Shown piece after piece: positions 50,973 to 60,349 of a stretch of 64,000 nt of DNA (positions are counted from its first letter, which is position 1; each line of letters begins with the position of its first letter). The position numbers and the translations under genes were made by a program. This DNA comes from Azolla caroliniana (taxonomy: Eukaryota; Plantae; Polypodiophyta). Below the pieces are notes generated by a model, which saw only the letters and a list, made by a program, of their open reading frames with translations, did no database searches and was not told the DNA's origin. The DNA lies in NCBI GenBank assembly GCA_043228905.1, contig JBHGNT010000008.1:19840001-19904000 (forward strand). The letters run 5' to 3'.

Positions 50973-53876
50973 ATGGCACTGTCGGACGGAGCGCGACAAT
51001 GGCTGACGGAGAACGGATTAGGAGGGTTGCTGCGGGTCGCTGACGCTCCACCACACAAGGAACCAAAGCAGGCGGCAACAGCGGTGGACTTAGCAGAGGT
51101 CACGGAAGGAGCGGTACAAGCGCTCACAGGGATTTCGGAGGGAGGACTTCAGATGATAGAGCTACCCTCGAGCCAAATATTCTTCGAGTATTTCGGCGAA
51201 TACTCCCTTAGCAGCAAGGCGTATCGCACACAGGGCGGAGAGAACCTGCTGTTCGGAGAGGTGGCCCGCGCCCTGATGGAGTACGGGTTCGTGAACCCTC
51301 GTCCGGCAGCCATAGCCAAATACCGAGCAGCGATCGTCATCGCGACATTCGAAGGCCTGCAGGTGGACTGGCTCCATTTCATCACCGAAGGACTGAAAGA
51401 GGCGATCAAGCACTTAGTGGAAGGGAAGAAGCCATGGGTCGGAATATCCCAATGGTTAACAGTGTTGGTCCCACCGGTGTCCCCCATCAAGCACAAGCAA
51501 AGAAGTCGGCAGGAGACTACCCCGAAGCAAACCATGAAGCGCCGACGAATCCTAGAGAAACACACTCCAGGATGGACACAGGAAGAAGAAGCGCCGCGGG
51601 AAGAAGGATCATCCCGACAGCCGCGGAAAGAAGGCTCATCTCGACAACCGCGGGAAGAAGACTCATCCCGACAGCAAAGGGAGGAAGGCCCATCATGGCA
51701 GCCACAGAAACAGCAACAGCAACCGACAACGAAGAAGAAAAAGGCGGAAAAAGGCAAGGAGAAGCTGGCAAAGAAGACCAGCAAGAGGCAAACCGACACC
51801 GAACCAGTAACGCTCGAATCGGAACCGGTACCAGTAAAGGAACCAATAGTGGCACCGACGGAGGACGCTGAAACAGAGGAAGACTCATCCGAACCGATGT
51901 TAATACTACCACCCAGGCAAGGAAAGGAGAAACGAGCGACAAGACTAACCCCAACAGCGGATGGAACTCAGCAACGGGCAAAAGAACCGCCTCCAGTAAC
52001 CGGTACAGAAGCGACACAGGATGAAGGTCCGTCTGCACCAGAGACGGCAGTACCGGAACCGACGGCGGCGGAGTTCGAAGAACAAAGAAAGGAACAAGCG
52101 CCGGAACAAGAGAAGAGGCCGGAGAAACAGCCGGAGCTAGGCACGCCTGCTGACACCAACGAAGGCAGAACAAAGGCACAATGGCTAAGGTGGTTGTCAG
52201 GGCAGTTGTCGGGAGTAGCAGACCAGATGGAGAAAGAGGAGGAGCAAAGAGAAGAAGTGACTAGGACGATGACTAAGGATATGGTCATGCTCCGGGCACA
52301 ATTACATGAGCTGCAAGAAGAGCTAGCACAGGCAAAAGAAGGCAGCCGACAAGCACAAGATGGCACCGAGCCGGTCGGGACATCAGAAAAGCAAGCCGAA
52401 CCAGAAATGGAGAGGGCCTTGCAAACCGGCCCTGAGACCGAGAAGTTAATAGCAACTTTGAAAGAAGAATTACAGGCTCAGGAGGCATTGAGAGATAACG
52501 AAAGAGAACAGCGGAAGTTGGTAGAAGACGACAGACGGCGAATGGAGGAAGGCCTTCGCCGAAGCAAAGCCACCAATGACCGACTACAAGAAGAAAACGG
52601 GACACTGCAAAAGGAAAAAGATAGGCTGCGCCGACGAATGGAGCAGGAAATTGAGCGGTTGCGAGAGGAACTCCGGCAACAAAAGGACCGGGATGATCAG
52701 TTGCGAGCTCAGGTGAACCGACGCCTAAAACAGAAGACGGAGGAATTCGACAGACTATGTAAGGATTATAAACAGGCCACGTCGGACATCAAGAATCAGG
52801 CAGCAACGTACGACCGACAGATAGAGAAGCTGAAAGAGCAGCTCAAGGAAAACCGCTTGGAATTGTCCAAAGCAAGGGAGGAAGTATCGGCGGAAAAGAC
52901 CTTGACGTCGGAACAAAGAAAGGAGATGGAAGTACTTCGGCAGAAAGTAGGGGAGCTGACAAAGAGCAGGAATGAGGAGAAAGTGAAGTTGACTTTCGAA
53001 ATCAACAAATGGCGGAGTACCTGTGACAAGCAAAAAGTCGACTCTGAAGCTCAAGCTCAGTTAATGGCCGACATCATCAAACGGATAAGGAAGGAAAAAC
53101 AAGCAGCTTCGGAACAGGCTAAAGCAGGGGTTGGCCGAATTAAGTTCATCATGTCAAGTTGGAGTACCCGAGCTCAGGCCAGCATAAATGAAAGCACGGA
53201 GAAACTCTGGAGGGAATGGGCACAACAGGCAGCTGAACTGCAGATACTCCGAGCTGATGCAGAAAATCGGAAGAAAAACGGAGATGGGTTCTATAAAATG
53301 GACGAAGAAAGTATCGTCAACATCCGGGAAGAACTGTCGGAGGATTTCTATGCTCTAGCAGAAGAGCATCTCAAGGAAATCCGAGGGTTAGTAGAGAGGT
53401 TGGATGACGGACAGCTCGAAACCCAACTAGAATTGGAAGGGTACGAGAAGGACCGACTGCGACAGGAAGCCGAGGGACACACAACGCCGATCTCCATTAG
53501 TGAGGGCGAGCGACCGGCTGAAGAGGACCCAACCAACAATGTACCCCGACAAGAATTACCCGAGGAAGAACTTCCGGAGCAAGAGCAGGTTGATGCCGGG
53601 GATGATGCAGAGTGGAGACAGAGAAGTAACGAATCCGGGGAGGAAAGGACACAACCAGTGGAAACCGGAGAGAGCGATACCGGGAACGGAACGGAGGTGG
53701 AGCAGGACAGACCCGGACAGGATACAGAAGAAACACCGGTACCACCGGTACAAGCAGAGTCGGAGCAGCAAGATGCGAAAAGGCAGCCAATCCAATCGGA
53801 CGTCGGAGACGGCACAGGCAAAACATCACTTGAAACCTCGGAGCAGAGTTTGCCTGATAATTTGGAGGAAGACTGA
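50973..53876 (+). CDS. Intact extra 3' ORF (967 aa): conserved N-terminal domain, low-complexity linker, long coiled coil, acidic tail
   Basis: ATG 50973 (MALSDGARQWL) aligns with MPIFISTALRRWL and MPITLSAALRRWL in sister elements; FEG..VDW and ENR.K.G.GFYK..EE motifs; ends LEED*. Confidence 0.88.
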   Translation: MALSDGARQWLTENGLGGLLRVADAPPHKEPKQAATAVDLAEVTEGAVQALTGISEGGLQMIELPSSQIFFEYFGEYSLSSKAYRTQGGENLLFGEVARALMEYGFVNPRPAAIAKYRAAIVIATFEGLQVDWLHFITEGLKEAIKHLVEGKKPWVGISQWLTVLVPPVSPIKHKQRSRQETTPKQTMKRRRILEKHTPGWTQEEEAPREEGSSRQPRKEGSSRQPREEDSSRQQREEGPSWQPQKQQQQPTTKKKKAEKGKEKLAKKTSKRQTDTEPVTLESEPVPVKEPIVAPTEDAETEEDSSEPMLILPPRQGKEKRATRLTPTADGTQQRAKEPPPVTGTEATQDEGPSAPETAVPEPTAAEFEEQRKEQAPEQEKRPEKQPELGTPADTNEGRTKAQWLRWLSGQLSGVADQMEKEEEQREEVTRTMTKDMVMLRAQLHELQEELAQAKEGSRQAQDGTEPVGTSEKQAEPEMERALQTGPETEKLIATLKEELQAQEALRDNEREQRKLVEDDRRRMEEGLRRSKATNDRLQEENGTLQKEKDRLRRRMEQEIERLREELRQQKDRDDQLRAQVNRRLKQKTEEFDRLCKDYKQATSDIKNQAATYDRQIEKLKEQLKENRLELSKAREEVSAEKTLTSEQRKEMEVLRQKVGELTKSRNEEKVKLTFEINKWRSTCDKQKVDSEAQAQLMADIIKRIRKEKQAASEQAKAGVGRIKFIMSSWSTRAQASINESTEKLWREWAQQAAELQILRADAENRKKNGDGFYKMDEESIVNIREELSEDFYALAEEHLKEIRGLVERLDDGQLETQLELEGYEKDRLRQEAEGHTTPISISEGERPAEEDPTNNVPRQELPEEELPEQEQVDAGDDAEWRQRSNESGEERTQPVETGESDTGNGTEVEQDRPGQDTEETPVPPVQAESEQQDAKRQPIQSDVGDGTGKTSLETSEQSLPDNLEED

Positions 53877-53883
53877 AGCCGGC

Positions 53884-53924
53884 TGTGGGTTCGAAGTGCA
53901 ATGCACTTTCCCACGGGCGTGCCA
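53884..53924 (+). other. tRNA-Arg 3'-half-like module ending CCA in place of PPT (copy 1)
   Basis: tgtgggttcga-agtgcaatgcactt-tcccac-gggcgtgcca, then tg, then the LTR. Confidence 0.8.
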
Positions 53925-54916
53925 TGTGTTGGCCGGTCAGAGAAGGCAAATGGGAAAGCAAGGTCGGATCGGATAAATATAGAAATAGGAATAGAATTAT
54001 TAGGAGGGACGGATCCGGTAGTTGTAACCGATCCGGATCCGAACCGATTCGGTTTCGGTTAACGGTTGCCTACCGAGCACCGATTGTAATCTGGCCGGAT
54101 GCCTATAAAAGGATCCGATGTTTTGTAATGAAGGGGCGAAGAATTAATATAGTTTTGCTTATGCTGATTAATCTTGTCTTCGTCTGTGCTTAAGTGTAAT
54201 TATCATACGCGTGTATTAACATTCTATCCCTACCACCCCTTTGGAGAAGTGTCGGATAGACACCTGTGTTGAGGCTAGTCCAGCCATACATACAACAGAA
54301 ACTGAAAAACATCCTCTTGTAGTTCACTATTTGTACATTGTATCTAGATCGGTTATTAATTTTGATGATTGACAAGTGAATCGATATATTTCGTCTTTCT
54401 TAGAAAGTGTTTCTAGTAATTATTGAGCTTGTTTTGTAAGTGTTCATGGTAATTATAGAGTTGCTTGTTTCTAATCCCTATTGTGTGAAGTCTTTATTCA
54501 AGTATTAATACTTAGTAGCATCAACATGGCCCAAACGTAGTCTCCCAATACATAGTTTCTTTTTTTTCCCTAAAAGTTTATCTATATGAGTCAAGTTTCT
54601 TTTTATCACTTTTTCTGTTCCATAATGTCAAAATTGACATGCAAGATATTCTTAAAAAGTTCTTTCTAGTAGCTTTCTTATGCGTATTTCTTTTTCTAAT
54701 TTGGACATTGGACGATGAAATTACGAGCTTTTTACTCGACTTTGCTCCTCATATCCACGCGTAGCTTTTATTTTCCCATCTTTTTCTCTACTTTTGTCTA
54801 CTTTCGAAAACCACTTCTAACTTTTTATCCTTTCATTTATTACTATAGTTGATTTAGCAACATTAGTTTATTTGGACTACTATTTTATTCTCTTTTGAGG
54901 GTGGTTTCGCACTATG

Positions 54917-55882
54917 TGTCGAAAACATCATGACAACGGAGACAGAGACAAGGGAGACTCAAGATAGAGATCAGAGAGGAAAATATTATATTAGAGACGT
55001 ATGCTCCAAAACTGCTCTAGCTTGTACAATGTTCCTATGCCCTTTATATACATAGGGCATAGTCGGTTACACTTCCTACGTGATTTATCACATGCGTTCT
55101 TTTAATGCTCCTAATATAATAATATGCTTCTTGTTCTTTTCTTGACTCTTTTTCCCACTAGTCCACTTCTGGTAGACAACACCTGGCAGGCCTGTGGGAC
55201 AGTGCCATGGCACGTCGGACCTGTCCTCTCTTTACTCATCGTCCAAAGTATCGAGGATATTTGTCTCTGGGTGCTCGCCGTTGCTTCTCGTAACCGGTGG
55301 TGGCGTAACGTAGTTGGGCTCGTCAATTTGTGGCTCGACCGATGTTTCCTCTCGTAGTGTCTCTGTGGGCAGCTTCGGTCGTATCTTGTGGTCCGCGCAT
55401 GTGGAGGTATGGTGAAGGTCGCTTTGCAACTTTGGCGGTTGCAGTGGGCATGTGTCTGGTTGTGGTTCTTCTTGGACCGCTTCTTTCATAGTGTCTACCA
55501 CGACGTTCGGTATGGTCATCGTAGTCACCTCTAGAGCGCCTGTTTGTTCAGTTGGGCTCTTGTCCTCCTCCGTGGAGTTGTTATCCTACAAGGTGATGAC
55601 CTCCGCCTTCTTCATCTCTTCCACCCTTTCATGTTCGATTCCGATGTTGCACAACTAGCGGAATGCTTCTTCTTGACTTTCACCGAAGTCTTCTAATAGC
55701 TATGTCATTTCTTCGTTGTGTATACGGTTTGTGCTCCAGTTCATGTGGGTTTGTAAGTCCTACAGAGCCTTCTTGAGGTTCTCAATTTTCCTCTTGTTAG
55801 CCATCGCTGCTTCTTCATAATGTACCTTCATTTGGGCCCATATTTTCGACTCCTTTTCATGGCGCTTCTCCAATTGTGTAAT
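54917..55882 (-). mobile_element. 3' fragment of a related extra-ORF gypsy element
   Basis: LTR-like 54917-55181; tRNA-like module 55184-55224; ORF2 tail ending LDDE* at 55232; homology to 57790-58260. Confidence 0.75.
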
Positions 55883-56760
55883 TGTTGAGCGAGCAAGCTC
55901 ACCTGGATCCATATTGGCTGAATAAGCCAAAGCCGGATCGGTATCTGAATCGGCGTCCGGATTGGTGTCCGAATGATATCTGGAACCAAGAGCCAGATCG
56001 GAGAGCCGGATCGGATTGAAACCGGTAGGCCATTAGAGGCCTACAGATCCAGCCTAGTACGTAGGCATATTTTTGGGAGTTAGTGATAATCGCTCATGTG
56101 AGCATTGAAGCACCTGTTAGTACTTCTGTTAGTCCTTTATGGACTTGTATAAAAGTGCTCTCTGAGCACATTCTATGTACATAGCATATTGAGAGTTGTG
56201 AATGTTAAGGTGCGGAAGTGTCAGACAGAACCGGTTCAGTCAGATAGCAACAAAAAATGAGATGAAGGTGTAATGGAAAAGCTCAAAACATAGAGGAGAC
56301 AGAGAGAGCAGAACATAAAACTATATTAAAAAATTAACTCTAAAACTCTGTACATACAACAACACTATTTATACAAGTCCATAAAGGACTGACAAAAGTA
56401 CTGACAGGTACTTCAATGCTCACACGTGCGACTGACACTAACTACGAGATAATGATTACCTAGTAGTCTAGGATATTACTAGGATTCCGGTTCCCGCTTG
56501 AATCTGGCTCTCCGATTCGGCCGGTTGTTTCCAGATACCGATCTGGCTCAGGCTTATTCAGCCGATCCGGGTCCGGTTGAGCTTGCTCGCTCAACAAGAG
56601 TATTATTTTGAATTGAGATTATGTTCTCTCTCTCTCTCTCTTTGTCTCTCCTGCGTACGCATACTCTATGTGTGTTGGGTTTTCATTTCATCTTTTGTTG
56701 TTATCCAGCTGAGCCGATTTGACAAATGCTTCTGCAAGTTTCCTTTCACCGGTACAGAAC
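55883..56760 (+). mobile_element. Copia LTR (related to the 36008 family) containing an inverted solo LTR
   Basis: Starts tgttgagcgagcaagctca, matching the reverse complement of ~36405-36423; right end approximate. Confidence 0.65.
56197..56596 (-). mobile_element. Solo LTR, copia family of 36008-41926
   Basis: TG..CA termini; TSD AGAGT (56192-96, 56597-601); similarity to 36008-36423. Confidence 0.85.
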
Positions 56761-57294
56761 GTTAGTCTTGGCGGGAGTGTTACCGATTAGGAACACTGTC
56801 TACACTCAGTTCTACGAGGTAGACCTCAAGGTGACCGTGTTACAAGGAATAGAACCTTCGTACCGTAAATCGTAATGGGATACTCCGTCGTATCCTAGTA
56901 GCATATCAGGGAGATGGCTACAACTAAACTCCTTAGGAAGTGCGTTGGGATCCGCGCTTACGCTTACACCCTTACGATTAACAATACGCAACAAAGAAAC
57001 AAAGAACGCAACAGAGAAAGCAACAGATATGCACAGAGATCAGAGAAGATAGTATTCTATTAGAAACACGCTCTATACTACGAAATTACACGCTACCTCT
57101 TACAGAGGATTTCTACCCTTTATATACATAGGGCCTTTTAGCCGTTCACGCTTCCCGCAAGAACCGTTACATGTGTTTCTTAATGCTTTACTATATTATA
57201 ATGTTTTTGCACTTCTATCCGTCGGTTATGATTCCGTCGGACAACACCTGGCATGCCTGTGGGACAGTGCCATGGCACGTCGCACCCATCCCCT

Positions 57295-59979
57295 CTAGTC
57301 TTCCTCCAAAATATCCCGGATGTCGGGTTCCGCTCGTATGTACTGATCTGGGGACGACGTAGTGCCCGTATGCGCATCGTTGCGCGGTTGCATGTCTTGT
57401 ACTTGCTCAGTAGGGTTTTCCATGGCATCAACTTCTCCTTGTGTGGGCGGACCCGGCTCTGCTGGCTCATTCCGTTCTACTGTGGCTGGCTCTTCCGTCT
57501 GCGGGCTTTTGGTAGGTTGCGGCTCTCTCCTGTTTGTAACTTCCTCTGTGTTGCCGGGCGTAGTTGTCCTCTCCGGTGAATTGGGTTGAGGTCCCACCTA
57601 TTTGGCGGTATCACCTTCCGGTATCGTGATGGGCTCCGCTCTTTGCCGCGTGCTGCCTACCGTAGTTGCCATCTCCGGTGAATTGGGTTGAGGTTCCTCT
57701 TGTTCGGCGGTATCACTCTCTAGTATCACGATGGGCTCCGCTCTTTGCCGTGTGCTGTCTGCTTCCATGGTTCGGTGAAACATATCCTCCTAACTTTCAC
57801 CGAAATCGTCCAGTAGCTGCGCGAGTTCCTCAGAGTGCTGGTCCGCTAGCGTGCGATAATCCTGTGCTAGGTCCTCGTGTACTGCCGCAATGACTTCCTC
57901 ATTGAGTTTGTAGAAACCTTGTCCTTCTTTCGTACGGTTCTCCCAGTCTGCCCGGTAGGTATGCAACTCCGCCGCTTGTGTTGCCCACGCCATCCAGCCT
58001 TTGTCTAGCACCACTTGTAATTGCGTCGTAAACCTCTCCCGATTTGTTTGAAGAAGTATGCGCACGTTGGCGGTTATTACTTGGCAACGGTTTTGCACTT
58101 CCTCTAGGATTTTTTTGAGCTTTTCGATTTCTTGCTTATTAACCGCAACCGCTTCCTCATAATGGTTCTTCATCCCTGCCCGTATCTTAGATTGTTTCAA
58201 GTGTAATTCCTCCAGCCGCCCCATTTCATTGTTCAGGCGAACTTCGACCTGATGCTTCACCTCCTGTTCTTGTACAAGCTGCTCGTCATACCACACTTTC
58301 TTCTTTTCCAATAACACCTAGAGTACTGCGATCGCCGCTTCTGACTTTTGGGCTTCCTCCCATAATTTGGTGTTTTTTTCTTTCGTGCGGGTGTGTGCTA
58401 CTGCCTCCGCTTCGAGTTTCTCTTCAAGTGCCTTCACTGCCTTTCGGCCTTTGGCCCGAATGTCCTTTTCTCTGTCGGAGGATTGGCGGAGTTCGGAGCG
58501 GAGGCGGTCAATCTCAAACTCCGCAAGCTGTGTAGCCCTTTTTGCTTTAGCAGCAATGGGTTGTTGTGCGACAATCTCCTCTTGTCGGGTTATTGAGGGG
58601 TCCTCACCCGCTGCTGGTTCGGGATTTTGCGGTACCCTAGTGACGCTTTGTTCGAGCTCTATAATGCGCTCTTGGGCCTTCTGTAATTGGGTTTGAGTCA
58701 ACTTGACTGTTTTCCACACATTTTTATTCTTGCTAACCATATCCTTGGCCCCCACACTCACTTTAGCCAATTCCCGATGTACCTCGACCAGGGCCACATT
58801 TAGTGGAGGTAGTTCAATGCCCATACGCCGAATCCCCGCATTCTGTTGCCTGCCTACCTTGGCTGCAGGCCCTTCATCCTCACTTCTGTTGTTTGTGTGA
58901 GCGTACACTCAATCATTTGTTGTTCTGTGTGCTCCTCCACCATTCTTTGCGATACCTTAATTTGCGGTGTTGCCAAAAATTCCATGAGTTCGTAAGTTAT
59001 TCCAACTTGTAGTAGCGCACCGAACTCATGGGTTGTATCCGCAATGTCTGGGTACTTTAGGACTTCGCTTTCCACCATGACTACGCCTTTCCCACGCTGC
59101 GACTAGGCCGTAATGATCAGCCGTGGTTCCCGAATTATTTCGAAACTGGTGTTGGGCTCCATAGTTGCGGAACTGTCGACCAAGGCGGTCGTGTCAGTGT
59201 TCGCGGTTGTGTCTTTGACTAGTCCACGCCCATCTTTCCTGTCCAACCTACGCCGTTTCAGTCTCAAGCTTTCTTGGCGTTGCTCGGCTTCTTGCTCATG
59301 CAGAGCTTCCTCCTTGCTTGCCGGCCGTTCTCCCTGTGTTGTCCGCGTGATGGGTTGGGAAGATTGTGCTTCATCTTCCCATTCTGTGGTCGCCAACTCC
59401 GCTAACCTCCGTTTCGCGGAACGTGGCAGTGGCGTGGGTTTGCTGGGTTGTGGTGCGGGTAGACCTCGGGGTGAAAATAGTATTGTCAGATACTGTTGTA
59501 TGATTGGCCTTAGCTTTTTGCTGCCCTGATACGCATGTAGGCCTTCCTGTAAAAGCTCATCTCGTAATTACCCCCCAATCGACCGTGCATCCTTCAAAGG
59601 TATCAATGATGATGCTTGCCTTCTATTTTGGCATCCCATAGGAATTTATGTGCACGCATCCTACCTCCAACAAGAACTTGGCTATTTCTCGAAAGACGGG
59701 GTCGGGAATTTCATTCGTCCTGTATGCTTTGGCGGACACCGAATCTGCCCTGAAATATCTCTACAGGGTTTCCGTAGGAGGGATGTCGAAATGTTTCTCC
59801 CCAATCGATGATAAGTCAAGCTTCTTCCAGATGGTAGCGTTGGTGAACGTGTCTATGTTGAGCTTCCTAGAAATTTCCAGGGCTTTAGGGTGAGCAGATG
59901 CCTCGGCGACTTTGATGTATCCATCCAGTCTCTTTTCGAGGAGCCATCTGCGCAAGGCGGCGGAAAGAGTGATCGGCAT
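57295..59979 (-). pseudogene. Extra 3' ORF (ORF2), several stops and frameshifts
   Basis: MPITLSAALRRWLLEKRLDGY..; ENRTKEGQGFYKLNEE; ends DILEED*. Confidence 0.85.
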
Positions 59980-60349
59980 TGTAGGTGGAGGAGATTCGTG
60001 GTTAGTGGGTGATGTTTGCTGGCTATGGGGGTCGCGGGCTCTATGGTAGGATGGGGAGAAGGGTGAGTGAGGAGAGCGACGAAAGCGAGGAAGGTCAAGG
60101 GCTGAAGATTGTTTTCTGCACTATGCAAAAAACCTTCTACTTTCCTCTTTTTGTGGCTTAGGGTTCATTGGCTTGTGTGCCATCATGGTGCCGCGTGTTC
60201 TTGCACTAGAAGTTTGTGCATCCATCCAGTCCTTTTAATCGCGTCACTATCTTCTCTTTTTTTTCTTTTTTTCTTTTTTTTCACTAATGGTTAAATACAA
60301 TATTACTGTTACACTATAATACAGGAGGGTCCCTTTAATTAATCCGCGG

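Larger units (their letters stand above)
44057..54297 (+). mobile_element. Very young full-length non-chromovirus Ty3/gypsy element (Phygy/Selgy-like, no aRH) with extra 3' ORF
   Basis: 371-bp LTRs 44057-44427 and 53927-54297 with no difference seen by eye; TSD GAAAC; PBS tggcgaccac at 44434; gag-pol then ORF2. Confidence 0.98.

Noticed and set aside
50973-53876. Retroviral env gene
   Set aside because: No signal peptide or transmembrane stretch is evident; the protein is hydrophilic and coiled-coil.
53863-53878. Purine run ggaggaagactgaag as the PPT
   Set aside because: It is ~50 nt from the LTR edge and explained by LEED codons, so it cannot set the LTR boundary in the standard model; kept only as a refuting alternative.
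53884-53924. A bona fide tRNA gene
   Set aside because: Only the T-arm and acceptor 3' strand are present, with no D or anticodon arm, an encoded CCA and an inserted hairpin; reported as a cis module instead.
44428-53976. Many antisense and alternate-frame ORFs in the ORF track
   Set aside because: Shadow frames of GC-rich gag-pol and ORF2 with no recognisable motifs.
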